Numbered from the whole stretch's first letter, positions 1-12,725 are shown. The stretch is 63,693 bases of DNA, filler included, from Reticulomyxa filosa (GCA_000512085.1; 23 parts of 23 records of this genome joined end to end with filler, not necessarily neighbours in it), one strand, 5' to 3'. Notes: a model not told the origin generated them from the sequence alone. Numbers and translations: made by a program.

Positions 1-1382
1 AAGACACATCATCGATTCCATAATATTAAATTGTATGTTCCAAAACATGATGTATATATTGAAATGCAAGCAACATTGAAGAATTTTACAACATTGGAAG
101 GATACACTGTGATCGAAAATCCAAAATTAAGTCATTTATTTTATGAACATATTCGTGTATGGAAACCTAATAATCAATCAGAAGAGGAATTAAAACAAGC
201 AAGTGATGAAACACTAACTAAAATTAATGATATAATTTGTGAATGGATTGATGCAAAGGATATCAAAAAAATTTCAAATCGTTATAAACCAAATTCAGAA
301 ATTCGAATATTGAAACCTCCACAATTAAAGGAAGCAATCGAAGGACAAATTATAAATAATAATATCGCATTAAAATTAATCAAATTTGTGTATGATCAAC
401 TGTGCCAATTCAAACCAATGAAAATAAAAGGACAAGCTATTTATGTTATCTTATTTGAGTATTTCAAGAAATATATTATTGGTGAAATGAATCCTGCAAG
501 TTGTGCTGATGTTATATCATTATTAAAAGAATCAAGAAAACAAGAATTAGAAGAAGATACAACAATGTCACAAGCACTTGAAACGTACATTTCATTACAA
601 GCAAATAATTATCAATACACTGACAATGATGACAATAAAAAAAATGATTCATATGATTGTTTTCAATATATAATTGATTCATTAAGAGAAGAAAAAGAAG
701 AGAAAAGGAATGAAAACAAACAACAAGTGATAGTATTACAAGGAAAATCAGGATCAGGAAAAAGTTTATTCTGTCGTCATTTAGAAGAAGCATTGTGGGA
801 AACACATGCAAATAATTCCATAACATCCATTCCTGTTTATATTTCATTACCAAAATGTTATAGTGAATTGGATGAAAAACAAATAATCTTTCAAGCACTA
901 CAAATAAAACAAATTAATAAAGAGATAATTGATATCATTCGTGAGAATATTTCATTTGTATTTATTTTGGATGGATTTGATGAAATATTTGACAAGTATA
1001 ATAAAAATAACAATAATGAAAAATATTTTTATGATCGTTTTAATTTAAATGCATGGAATGCAAAAATCATAGTCACTTGTCGAAGTCATGCATTAAATGA
1101 TGAAGATATTAAACATGTCTTAATTGATTCAAAGGACACAACAACATCAATGATATATTTATGGCCTTTTTCAAAAGAACAAATGAATGGATATATTGAT
1201 AAATTTGTAAAAATGAATAAAAAAAATAAAATGAATGAAAATTTGAATTGGACAATACAACAATATGAGGAAACATTGAAAAATTATCCAAATTTGAATA
1301 AAATGATGGAAGAACCATTTCTACTTCAAATGATATTGACTGTATTACCATCATTAATGAAACAACATTCAATTGGAACTAA
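1..1382 (+). CDS. NACHT-family (STAND) NTPase, partial at both ends
   Basis: Frame is open from base 1. Walker A VIVLQGKSGSGKS, IPVYISL, Walker B FVFILDGFDEI, sensor KIIVTCRS, LWPFSKEQMNGYI, and helical-domain PFLLQMILTVLP. Confidence 0.9.
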
Positions 1383-1482
1383 NNNNNNNNNNNNNNNNNN
1401 NNNNNNNNNNNNNNNNNNNNNNNNNNTTAATTAATTAANNNNNNNNNNNNNNNNNNNNNNNNNNNNNNNNNNNNNNNNNNNN
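1383..1482. other. Artificial contig-concatenation spacer (N44-TTAATTAATTAA-N44); first of 22
   Basis: The same 100-bp unit recurs starting at 4288, 6722, 14544, 17190, 22646, 25157, 26348, 30538, 31802, 33895, 37263, 39986, 48715, 49982, 51194, 53067, 55081, 57426, 59225, 61238 and 62573. The 12-mer gives stops in all six frames, and composition can change abruptly across it. Confidence 0.98.
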
Positions 1483-1635
1483 TAGATAATAATGGCAAGT
1501 AAATAGTTGAACAAATAAATGGAACATAACATAATTGACAACAAGTTTGTCAAACTCATGAATCCACTCTAATTTAATATTCAACGTTAAAACCCAACAT
1601 TTAATAATTACTTTTATTTCTTCAGCTTCTGACAA
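1483..1635 (-). CDS. N-terminal exon fragment of an expanded protist protein family (often WD40-associated)
   Basis: EEIKVIIKCWVLTLNIKLEWIHEFDKLVVNY followed by a GT donor and the contig end. The family assignment is from recalled similarity only. Confidence 0.35.
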
Positions 1636-2271
1636 ATTTATCTTAAATCAAATATAAAATCTTAAAAGACAGGAAACTTTTTGAAACGAAACTTACTGCT
1701 GATTGAGTTGATACTAAAACTAAGAAATATCTACTTTACACATTAGTGATAGCATTAAGCGCTACTATTGTTTTAGGGGTTATTGTCCGATAATGATAGC
1801 TTAGAGATATGTCACTGCTACGAATACCAGACACGCAACAAGTCATTCTGACGTTCAATTGTAATTGTACGTCGCCAATTGGAAGATAATATTTAGTTGA
1901 TATTACCTTCCACGTTTCAAAAAACATTTTTTTGTAAGCAAAAAATTTTCTGTGCACCAACAATCATTGTATTTAATGCTAAGGTGCGATTATATCATTC
2001 AGCTTGAACACGAAGACCAAACAAAAACAAAACAAAAAAAATTGGTCCTTCCAACAATTCAAAAATTTACAAACATTTTTTTTTTGCTGTTGCTATGTTT
2101 TTGTTTCCTTCATTCAGCTATAGTAACAAGGTGACACTAAAGGGAAAAAAAAACAAGCAAGTACAAGAGATGTCAAAAATATAAGACATGCTGTGACTAT
2201 CGTTACAAAAAGATTTTTTTTTTGGTGTTTTCGTCCTCTCATTTCCCCCTTTTTTTTTTTTTTTGGAAAGT

Positions 2272-3095
2272 TCAACACCAACAATCATTGCTTTCTTTTT
2301 CTTTACTTTGTTCAGGCTCAACGACAATGGTTTTCTTTTTCTCATTATTTCAGTGGTATCAATGTTGTGTCGACTTTGCCATTTTCCAAATTTGTCTCGC
2401 GATGATTTCAAACACTTGAGTGATATTTTCCGTTTTTTTAGCACTCGTTTCTATCAATGGAATTTGGAATTTTAAAGCCAGTTCTTTGGCCCTTTCTCGG
2501 GTCACTTGTCGAAGATGCTGTTCTTCTTTGTCGGATTTGTTACCAACCAACAGCTTGCACACTGTCTCTGGAGCATTTTTGTCGATCTCGGAAATCCAAT
2601 TGGGGACATTTTCAAATGTCTCTGATTTCGTCACGTCATATACAACAATTATCCCATGAGCGCCACGGTAATACGATTTGGTTATTGCACGAAATCGTTC
2701 TTGACCTGCAGTGTCCCTTTTTTTTTAAAAAAAAAAAGGGGGGTGTATGTGTTTTTTTTATTATTGATTTAATGACACGTCAACTGTGAATACGTATACA
2801 TTGTATACATAACACTAAGAACGGAAGAAAATAATTTTTTTTTAACAAAAAAAAACTTTTTATTGTGTCCATGACAAAAAAAAAAAAAAACAAACCATAG
2901 CTGCAACTTGACAATCTTTTGGTCGATGGTGATTGTTTTCGTTTTGAAATCAACGCCAATTGTATTTATCATATTCTCATCAAACGTGTTTTCGGTAAAT
3001 CTTAACAACAGACACGATTTACCAACGCCACTGTCCCCAACTAATAATAATACAAACAGGTAATCATAGTCCAAATTGGTTTTGCGACGAGTCAT
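2272..3095 (-). CDS. Rab1/Ypt1-like small GTPase (intron 2717-2895)
   Basis: [29 protein letters not shown], spliced LQLW|[34 protein letters not shown]. An in-frame C-terminal CWC-stop ends at 2272, beyond two TGA codons (see findings). Confidence 0.92.
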
Positions 3096-3452
3096 TTTCG
3101 TGAGGGGTTTTTTTTGGTTTATTCTATATATATATCTTATTTGCTTTTTTTGTTTTTGCTCTTTAGCAGACTTTTCAGTGCTTCCTAAAGTGATGGGTTC
3201 AGAGATGAATGTCCCGCAAATCTTTCTTTAAATCCTCATTGCAAATTATTTTTTAGAGTTTTTTTCTTCCACTCCCCCGTGTTCCTTGGAACTTTTGAAA
3301 GTTGATTAGGCCACTGATATGTTGTGGTGCAAAGTGTACCGAAAAGACAGTTAAAGTAAAGTGTTTTGAGGTAAGTGAAGTTTTTTTCTGCTTTCGACAA
3401 GGTGCGTTTTTTGTAGGTTTGTACTTTGGTTTTTTTTTTGACAAGAAAAGCA

Positions 3453-4211
3453 ATGACGTCGGCTAATACCGATTCGTTCGGATATCGATTGCAACGTTTT
3501 TCATCAACCGAACCCTTGCGGTTGCCAGAAAGTACATTGCCGAATGAAGTGCCAGACCTTCCCCATTCCCCACAGCCGAACGACGACTTGTCGATACTGG
3601 AACAAATTGAGCAAGATCCAAGCCTGAAGGACGCACTGAAGGGGTTTTCGGTGTCGGAAGGGAATATGTTGTTGCAAAGCGATGAGACATCAAACAAGGA
3701 TACAAACGTAGTGGAGAATGAAGAATACGCGGAGGTATTGTCCCGTCATCGAAACTCGAGTGATTTATACCTTCCCGCAGAAAGCGAAGCAAACAAAGCA
3801 ATAGGAAATGAAGACGATTCGGATTCAAATGACAACGATGAAATCAAAGGAACAAATGAAGTGACAACGTATGAGACGGCCACAAATGAGACAAGAGAAT
3901 TGGATGAGTCAGCAATTCCATGGACGGAAACGGAAGAGATCCAATCACAGGACAACCCCAGCACTTACGAGACGGTGTTAAAGCTACCGCCCGAAATGGT
4001 CGAAGAAAATGATTCAGAAGACTCAGACGACGACAATAGCAGCAACAACAACAACAACAAGCCCAACACCATCTTTTCGGCCAGCAAGGCACTGATGAAA
4101 CAACTGTCTAATGGCAATAGCAACAGTCGTAACGACCACGACTCCGTCGCTATCAACTCGCCCGTCTTCGAAAGCTATACACACGTCCGACATCGATCTG
4201 GCGTTGCTTAA
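3453..4211 (+). CDS. Acidic low-complexity hypothetical protein (possibly the N-terminus of the PI3K in the next contig)
   Basis: About 250-aa ORF with coding-like composition, divergent from the Rab gene; a GT donor lies at the contig end. Confidence 0.6.
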   Translation: MTSANTDSFGYRLQRFSSTEPLRLPESTLPNEVPDLPHSPQPNDDLSILEQIEQDPSLKDALKGFSVSEGNMLLQSDETSNKDTNVVENEEYAEVLSRHRNSSDLYLPAESEANKAIGNEDDSDSNDNDEIKGTNEVTTYETATNETRELDESAIPWTETEEIQSQDNPSTYETVLKLPPEMVEENDSEDSDDDNSSNNNNNKPNTIFSASKALMKQLSNGNSNSRNDHDSVAINSPVFESYTHVRHRSGVA

Positions 4212-4424
4212 AAAGTAATTCCACTGATTTCGCTTCTGGCAGTCCCAATAAAAAATCTCCAGTGCTAGGTATATATATATATATATANNNNNNNNNNNNN
4301 NNNNNNNNNNNNNNNNNNNNNNNNNNNNNNNTTAATTAATTAANNNNNNNNNNNNNNNNNNNNNNNNNNNNNNNNNNNNNNNNNNNNTAATAATAATAAT
4401 AATAATAAATAAACAAGAAACATA

Positions 4425-6505
4425 ATGACTCAGGTGAGTTCGACAAATGCAATAGCGACCATCGATGGAGGAGAAGGAAGTGCCAATGAAAATAAGATTA
4501 GCAATAGTAATGCTAATGGCAATGACGAGGACAGTGACGATGAGATAAGTGAATTGGAGAGCAATGAAGAGGGAGAAAATAGGTTGTTTGAAGAGATTGG
4601 ACGCAATTGCACCGCCAAGCTGTTTGACCAAAGCGAGAAAGAGAAAATGAGAGAAAAGGCGTTGGACGAGAAGATAAGACGAATGAAACGAAGTGGGAGC
4701 ATTCGAATGAAATTGGAACAATGGTTGAAACAACATCCTGTCGATTTGTGTAACGAAAATAAGGCATTAATCGAACATGAGAAATGTGCCTTTTATCACG
4801 AGTCGCTATTGATCCAAGCTATTCACACTCAAAACAAATCACGACTTGTTCATCTCATGCAAAAGTGTCCGATGGATGTGTTGGTTACTTTCTTACCCAA
4901 TTTTGCTTTTGCCTTTCTTGGAAATTCCAATGCCTCGTATCGTCAGCACCTCGTGCAGTTTTTGCTGTCCCCACAAAAGTGGTTAGGTGGTGCGGATTTG
5001 CGACAGGCTATTTTATTTTGTTGCATTCGTATCGAAATGCCACTTTGGAAAAACATCGCATGGATGAAACCCAAACTCCGGATTGCAACGATCGCAAGCG
5101 TCGACATAGTAGGCCTGGAGACAACCCCATTATGCAAATGTACGGATATTTGGAAACTCCTCTCTACGACGCCACTGGCGATACTCCTAAAAATTCCATT
5201 CACTTGAAAAAACTGAATATTGACATTAGCGAAGCAAGTATGTTACCAAATGACTTTGTCTCGTTATTACGTGACATCACCTTTCATCGATGGGAATGTT
5301 GTCATAACAATGGTACAAATGTCAATGCCACTGCTGCTATCAATGCCAATGTTAATATCAATAGTGGCATCACTGTAGGTATAAACACAAGCACAAGTGC
5401 AAATGCAAGTGCAAATGCAAATACAAATGCAAATGAACAAGAACAGATAGAGCGGGTGGAAATGCGAAATAGCAGTTCGAATGTAATGAAGAGACTCGAT
5501 AGCGTGCATTTTTGGATCGACCTTGCAATGTCGGAACACTTGGTTGGCGAGGAAATCTATATCCAAAATGTGGTGAACAATGACAAAAAAGCAGCTGCAA
5601 ATGAACGCAATGGAAATGGAATATTGTTGTTGAGGGATCCGGTGAAATGTATGAACCCACCCATTGAAAAACTAGTCATTCGCAAGATTTTGAAAAGCAA
5701 TACAAAGCCATTGCTAATTGACATTTACTGCAAATCCCGAGAAAATGGAAAAAGCTATTTAACGAGTAATATAATATTAAAAATGGGTGATGACTTACGA
5801 AAAGACATGGCAATAATGCAGGTATTTAAATATATGAATTGGCTTTGGTATACAAACAATGTGATTCGAAATGAAAAACGAATGTCAATATTAACTTACA
5901 AAGTCGTAAGTTTCAGTGAAAGCGTAGGCTGCATTGAATTGATCAAAGACTGCATCCCTTTGAGACATATCAAAATTCTAAAGTCAGATATGAAAGATTC
6001 TCATTACAGTCAATTGATTGCGAGCGCTGCTGGCTCATATATTGCCTCTTTTGTCATGGGAATTCGAGATCGCCATTTTGATAATATATTAATTCGACAA
6101 TCAGATTGCACTCTTTTCCATATTGACTTCAATTATATGTTTGGTGAAAAGGTCACATTTGATGCCTCGCCTTTTGGAATCACTCAGGATTTTTATGCTA
6201 TTGTTGGCAAAGTTCGATACAATCAAATGATCGATTTAGCTTTAGATGGGTTTCGTATATTACGTAAACATTCGCAAGACTTGATTGCCTTTGCTGTTTC
6301 ATGCTTTTCTTGTTTGTACGATCAACAAGATATTGTCCAATTTTTAACTGATAAACTACGTCTTAAAGAAACTGAAATCAATGCCTGTCGTTGGTTGGAT
6401 GATACTTTAAAAAAAGCCCCATTCAATCATTCGACCAAATGGAAGAATCGTATTCATCGCTTAGCTCAACCTTCGCAATCAATTTTTCGCTCACCTCCCC
6501 CCTAA
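4425..6505 (+). CDS. Phosphatidylinositol 3-kinase family protein (one frameshift, probably the T-run at 5016-5019)
   Basis: LKSNTKPLLI, ILKMGDDLRKD, SAAGSYIASFVMGIRDRHFDNIL, LFHIDFNYMFG. The upstream ORF 4425-5207 joins the kinase ORF with a single +1 correction. Confidence 0.88.
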
Positions 6506-7574
6506 CAAACCTTTCTTCTATTTGATTTCTTTATTTGCTGTAGGTTGTTTTATTTTCTCTTCTGCTCTGTCTTTTAAAACTGGAAAGCAAGGTTATAGTG
6601 CGTTCAATTGTAACTAAACCTCTTTTATGAAGAGTGATGAACCTTTTTTTTTCTTTTTTTTTTTCCTTTTTTTTTTCCCCCTCTTAATTGTGGATTAATT
6701 AGCTTTTGGGTTGACGATACANNNNNNNNNNNNNNNNNNNNNNNNNNNNNNNNNNNNNNNNNNNNTTAATTAATTAANNNNNNNNNNNNNNNNNNNNNNN
6801 NNNNNNNNNNNNNNNNNNNNNTGTTTGTTTATTAAAATAGAAATATTTTGCACCAGTCGACTTTTCGCATGGTTAATTGTAGTGTAATGTCTTCATTTAT
6901 TGTTGCGATTTTTATTTTAATCCAATTGGCCATCATGTTTTTGTTTGGGCTAATGAATGTTTCGATATGCAGAACGATTCTAATCGCAACAAAGCCAGTT
7001 CTAAAAAAAAAAAAGACTATCGCATGCACTGTCCTTGATTTTGATTTCTTTCAAAAAAAAAGGAACTAGATTTTGATGATATTCAAAAATTTTTGTGTTT
7101 TTTATTTTTGTACTTTTGATATCAATAAAACTACAACCACTAAAATCGAATAAAACAAACAAAAACCAGATATATATAATCTTCCAACCGATTCAAATTT
7201 TTTGGAACAAATTAATCCAATTGATTGTATTGATTGCTCTAATTAATTCTTGATTGTTTTGCTGCTCTTTGAATAATCAAGAAGAAGAAATGCATTTTAA
7301 GACAATTACTGCGATTATATGTGTTAAACAAGAAAAAAAAATTATTTAAGAGTTTTGAATAAAGATTAAGCTATTAATTTATTTTTAACTTTGTCAAGTG
7401 TTAACAGCAATTTTTTTGGTTTAATTACTTTTTTTTTAAAAAAGAAAACTACCTGTACCATAGGCTTTGATCTTTCAAAAAAACTTTGTAATTTATGTCA
7501 GGTAATAATATGTTGTTAATGATTCTGATATTTATCTTTTCAGAATTGGCTAACCCATTCGCTCAAAACATTAC

Positions 7575-9025
7575 ATGCAAACAGGCAGTAGACGCAGTTT
7601 GTGTTGTTGTGAGACGTGGAGTACTTGGCGGTACTGGATATGGTTGTGGATAGCATTGGGTATCCTTGAACTGTTAATCTTATCAATTCCAAATGATTTG
7701 AAAGGATCATCTTATGTATCGGGGAATCGAGCATCCATAGCCAACGCGAATATGACACTGAGCGTGCTAAATCTCCCAAAGTGGAAGGACGATTCGCAGA
7801 TTCTTCAAAAGTATCTGGAAAACAACAATACGCAATGGATATTCCCAAAGTACATGATAATAGGCTTGGGATGCAAAAAGTGTGGGACCAGTACCCTGCG
7901 AGTATTCATTGACAAAGTGGTACACCATTTAAAGGTTGAAAAAAGGAGTTATGTATTCAAAGAGCTTCATTATTGGGATCGCATGTGTCCATTTGTGATC
8001 AATTTAACAACAGAGGAAGTGGAAGATTGCTCGATGCTTAAATATGTTACAACACAACAGCGAACAATAGAAGAAGATCGTGTACGTAGTTCTGATCAAT
8101 TTCTTCTATACTTTGAAAAGTCACCATCATACATGGTATTCCCAAGTGTCGCCACAGCATTGACCCGATACAGCAACTTCTTGCAACAACATATACCTGC
8201 GAGCACCTTTCAACTCAAATTTTTGGTGATTTTGAGAAATCCTGTTTCCAGGCTTTGGAGCGACTATTTTCACACCTTTGCATCCAAATACAAGACACAA
8301 GGAAGTTTTGCATAAAAAAAAAAAAACTTTAGGGAACGAAGAAGGGATAATAAGATAAGTTAGATTAATATTACAAATTGAAAGGTACATCGCCAAAGAT
8401 AATTTTTGAACACGAAATCCTTGAACATATTTTGCGATTGGAAACAATCATGGAACGTTCAAATTCGAATAAAATGTTCTCGTCATTGCCACGAGATGAT
8501 ATTGTTGTGTGGAAGATGAAATGCTTGTTTAATCTTGTTTCAAAATGGAATGTTAATGCGAAGAATCATTGGAAACAGCGCTTGGAACATGATATTGTCA
8601 ACTCGTGGATTGATACGTTTGATACAATGGCCAATGTAACTGTGGATTTTCTCGCTCATCCATTGCTGATCTTTTTCAGGGGATGCTATTTTCCTCAAAT
8701 GCTTATGTATTTGAACATAATGACTGGAAATACCATTATAAAAAAAAAATTCAAAGTCTTGCAGTTTGAAACATTTGTCAAAAATTATAACACTTACTTT
8801 CAAGAGATTGCCACATGGATTGGTGCATTGCGCTCCACTGCCACTTTCGACTTCAATGCCCAATTGTCACCTATTGGGCACGCTTCTGGAGATGTCATGT
8901 CTGATGATGTTAAATTATCGTTGCAAAATTATTACAAATCATGTAACGATGGTTTATATCCTTTTTTGAATCAATTTAAACCATTCATTTTCTTCAAAAA
9001 TGATACTTTTTATCCTTGGTATTGA
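7575..9025 (+). CDS. Type II membrane (Golgi) sulfotransferase, HS3ST/NDST-like; intron 8305-8384
   Basis: N-terminal TM helix; PAPS 5'-PSB IIGLGCKKCGTSTL, KELHYWD, YFEKSPSY, 3'-PB ILRNPVSRLWSDY. A phase-1 GT-AG intron joins the two ORFs. Confidence 0.85.
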
Positions 9026-9407
9026 TAATATCTGCTTTCATCATGAACATATTTATTTTAGTAATTGATAGTTGTCTCAATTGGTAATTGGCAATAATCA
9101 AGATTTATTAGTGTTACATGAATGCTGTTACTATTAGAAGACAATAACATTAAGTTTACAAATAATAAACAAACATTTAAATTATAAAATGATATATTTA
9201 TATAGAAATATATTTTAAAAAATTAGACTGTGTAGGTGACAGCTGGATACAAATGCTGAGCCAGGCACTAAGTGTGATAAAGCAATCTTCAACAGAAAAC
9301 AAAATAAGATAGAAAAAAATATGAAAACGTAAAATGAAAACATAAAAAAGTGACCGAAGTATAAAGTAAGTTTGAAAAAAATTATTCACAAGGTAAAACT
9401 GTTACTA

Positions 9408-9600
9408 CAATTTATTGTAAAAAAACTGTCATATATAAATTGCAATCTATGAATGAATTGATTTTCTACATTAAAAATAAACATTTAAACGTATTTTTTT
9501 AAATATATAAATCCTACAGTTAAATATGAAATTGGTTTTATATAACTTTTTCCTAAGTTGATCAAAAACATTATTTTTCATATGATTTTTGAAAATTTCG
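9408..9600 (+). mobile_element. Degenerate copy of the Tc1/mariner-type MITE
   Basis: Aligns by eye with 12529-12725 (AAAAAAACTG.CATA, GATTTTCT, AAATATGAAATT.GTTTTAT, TAACTTTTTCCTA, CAAAAACATT). Confidence 0.7.
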
Positions 9601-9921
9601 CAGGAAAGCGTAAAACAGAAAGAAATTTTAAAATCTTTTTGTCTCTTTTTTAGGATTCTTCAAGTCACGTAGATACTTTTAAAAAAGAATTAGCCTAGTT
9701 TAAAAAATTCAACAGTAAAATTTAACTAATTGTTTCGATTTTTCCACAAATTTTAATAAAAAAAGCTAACAGTACGACAAACTTATATTTTCAATTTTTT
9801 TTTAGTAGTTGCAGAGAGGCAAAGGGAACGAAGCTTGAGCTACTTGCAAGCTAAAAAGAACCTTAATTTAACAATCCGTTCAATATAAAATTTGTATTGA
9901 ACATACCCAGAACTGTCCCGA

Positions 9922-12387
9922 ATGATAAGCAAGGGTCGAAATTATTTTTTCAAAGGGCAAAATGTGCCCAAAGTTGTACGGAGGTGGTGCAGCAATCAAC
10001 ACACGAGCGCAACAATAAGGAATGAAAGAAAATACAATCCAAGTCCATCCAACTTTATCGCACCACAAAAGAGTGTTCGTGACGTAGTAATAATAGGCGG
10101 TGGACACAATGGTTTGGTATCTGCATGTTATTTGGCCAAAAAAGGATTGGACGTGTTGGTATTAGAACGCAGAGACATGATTGGTGGTGCAGCAGTGACA
10201 GAAGAGTTATTTGCACCGGGCTACAAATTGTCCAGAGCCTCTTATGTAGCGGGACTATTACGACCGCAGATAATCAAAGACTTGGAACTAAGTAGCAAAT
10301 ATGGTCTGAAATTTTTAAAACGAAATCCTGGAAGTTTTACCCCAACACGGATTGACGACCCATTGTATCGTGGTAAGTATCTTATGCTTCACTCGGAATT
10401 CGAAAAAACCTACCAAAGGTGTGTTACTTCATATACTTTGGCTTTATATAATTTTGGTAAATGTTAATACTTTGCCAAATATATATATATATATACATAT
10501 ATATTATGTCTTTTCAGTTTTGTTATCTGCTGTTGTTTTTTGTTTTTAAATGGTTGAGAGACTATTGTGTGCACTCCTTGCACTTTGTGTATACGTATGT
10601 TTATATATGTACACATATAACGCGCTGACATTGTAAACAAAAAAAGTATAGCTCAATTTTCAACGCGTGACGCAGATAAAATGGCAGAGTATGAGGCATT
10701 TTTAAACCGTTTTTGTGACCTGTTGCGGCCATTGCTGGATGATGCACCCCCTCCTGGAGTATTCAGTTACAATATGGACGGCATACCGTATTGCGAAGAT
10801 GATGGGAAAAGGAAATACGAATGGAAGAAACTCTATCGATTGCATTACGAACAATATAAAGAACTATGGAGAGTAGCAACCACACACAAGGACTGGCTGA
10901 CACATTTTTACGAATTCGCTACCGCTCCTGCAAAGACAATACTGCAGCGATGGTTTGAAAGTGAAATCCTAAAAGCTACATTGTGCACAGATGGAATGGT
11001 CGGTAGTCTCCTCTCCCCCTCCGATGCTGGCTCTGCTTATGTTTTGCTGCACCATGTTCTCGGAGAAATTGATGGAGAACGAGGTCAATCACATACACAC
11101 GTACAAACACATATATACATGCATACGTACAAACAAACAAGCTAAATGAATGAATGAACGACAAATTTTTAGTACTATTTTTGTCTTTTCGCTTCTCTCT
11201 CGGCAATGGCATCAATTTTGATTGATACAATATAAATATAAAAAAAAAGGTGCATGGGCGTATTGTGAAGGGGGCATGGGCTCTATTACCCAAGCTCTAG
11301 CGAAATGTGCAAGGCATCACGGAGCGGAAATTATCGCCAATGCGACAGTTCGTCGTTTAGTGATCGAAAGAGAGTATAACAAATCGTTGCAACAGTACGT
11401 ACCAAAAATAAAAGGAGTCGTAATGGACGACGGTACGTACATCCAAGGTAAAGTGGTTTTGAGTAATGCCACACCTTATCATACTTTTATTGAATTGGTG
11501 CCTCGAGACAAGTTTTTTTTTTGTGTTCTGTTTTATTGCCTCTCACACCAGCTAACTTATAATATTGGCTTTGATGTGACTCATACAAAAAGTGAGCAGG
11601 TCGTGCAATTAATTCCAAAAGATTTTTTGAACAAAATTGAAAGTAGTGATTATGCATGTGGGTCATTTAAGATCAATTGCGTAGTCAACCAATTGCCCAA
11701 TTTTGAATGTCTGCCAAATATCTCATCTAATCAGAGCGGCTCACAACATAGAGCCAGCATACTGTTCACCTCTCGCGTCTCGGAATTAGAAGATGCTGCT
11801 AGAGAGGCCAAACATGGTATCCCTGCAAAAAGGTATTACTGTGTAATTCTTTGCAATTATTTCAATTGGTCTAACATACGTCATAGAATATAAATCTAAA
11901 AAAAAACAGATCAATGATAGAAATGACAATCCCTAGCAGCTTAGACAATACTTTAGTGCCATCACACAAAGTTGGTGAACATCACATTGTTCAACTGTTT
12001 GTGCAATATGCACCGTATGATTTAAACAAGCAAGTTTTTGGAAATGCTGCTCATTGGGACAACATCAAAGAGCAATTTGCAGATCAAGTTTTTGCTCAAA
12101 TTGATGAGTTTGCACCCAATTTTAGTCAATCAGTTTTGTACCGTGACTTGCTGTCCCCCAGGGACTTAGAGAGGGTCTTTGCCTTGCATAAAGGTAGTAT
12201 TTTTCATGGGGCGCTGTCTTTGCAACAAATTGGTTATGGCCGTCCTGTTCCCAGATACAGTAGCTACCGCACACCAATTCAAGGGCTCTACATGTGTGGG
12301 AGTGGAGCACATCCAGGGGGTGGAGTCATGGGAGCTCCTGGAAGAAACTGTGCAAAACATGTTCTCTTTGATTTAGACTTGTTATAA
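9922..12387 (+). CDS. PYROXD2: PYROXD2-like / phytoene dehydrogenase-family FAD oxidoreductase; introns 10419-10646, 11084-11249, 11512-11592, 11833-11909
   Basis: [73 protein letters not shown]. All four introns are GT-AG and frame-consistent; basic N-terminal presequence. Confidence 0.92.
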
Positions 12388-12528
12388 TACTTATCTTCAT
12401 ATATCTTTTTACTTATCGAATGTCAAATTAAAACCATACAAAAAAACAGACAAAATGAAACAAAATACATTATTTATCAATTATTCAGTTTTTCAATTGC
12501 TTTTGTCAATACTTCAAATTAACACATA

Positions 12529-12725
12529 CAGTATATTGCAAAAAAACTGCCATACCTAAGTGGTACTTCTAGAAGAAAATCGATTTTCTCCATGAAAAAT
12601 AAACATTAACCATTATTTTTAAAAATATCTACAAATCTTGTAGTCTTTAAATATGAAATTAGTTTTATAATAACTTTTTCCTAGGTGACCAAAAACATTG
12701 TTTTTTCAATTTTTGCAATATACTG
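12529..12725. mobile_element. Complete 197-bp MITE, Tc1/mariner type
   Basis: Perfect 16-bp TIR CAGTATATTGCAAAAA / TTTTTGCAATATACTG flanked by TA on both sides; related ends occur elsewhere in the window. Confidence 0.9.

Noticed and set aside
1427-1438. TTAATTAATTAA repeated 22 times as a biological repeat or CRISPR-like unit
   Set aside because: Always centred in 44+44 Ns and gives stops in six frames: an artificial concatenation linker. ORFs running into it (ending XXX-LIN or XXX-N) are artefacts.
2350-2361. Genome-wide TGA reassignment
   Set aside because: TGA terminates intact genes here (thioesterase, sulfotransferase, AQR), and long conserved ORFs contain no in-frame TGA.
4784-5207. 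Programmed ribosomal frameshifting, RNA editing or overlapping genes to explain broken frames (PI3K ~5016, PIG-M ~17900, kinase ~54360, EEP ~46432)
   Set aside because: Each break is fixable by one base in a homopolymer, and the same defect affects bacterial metN (58594) and the hydrolase (57856), which points to sequencing chemistry.
8301-8306. Non-canonical GA donor in the sulfotransferase
   Set aside because: A canonical GT three bases downstream (8305) gives the same phase.
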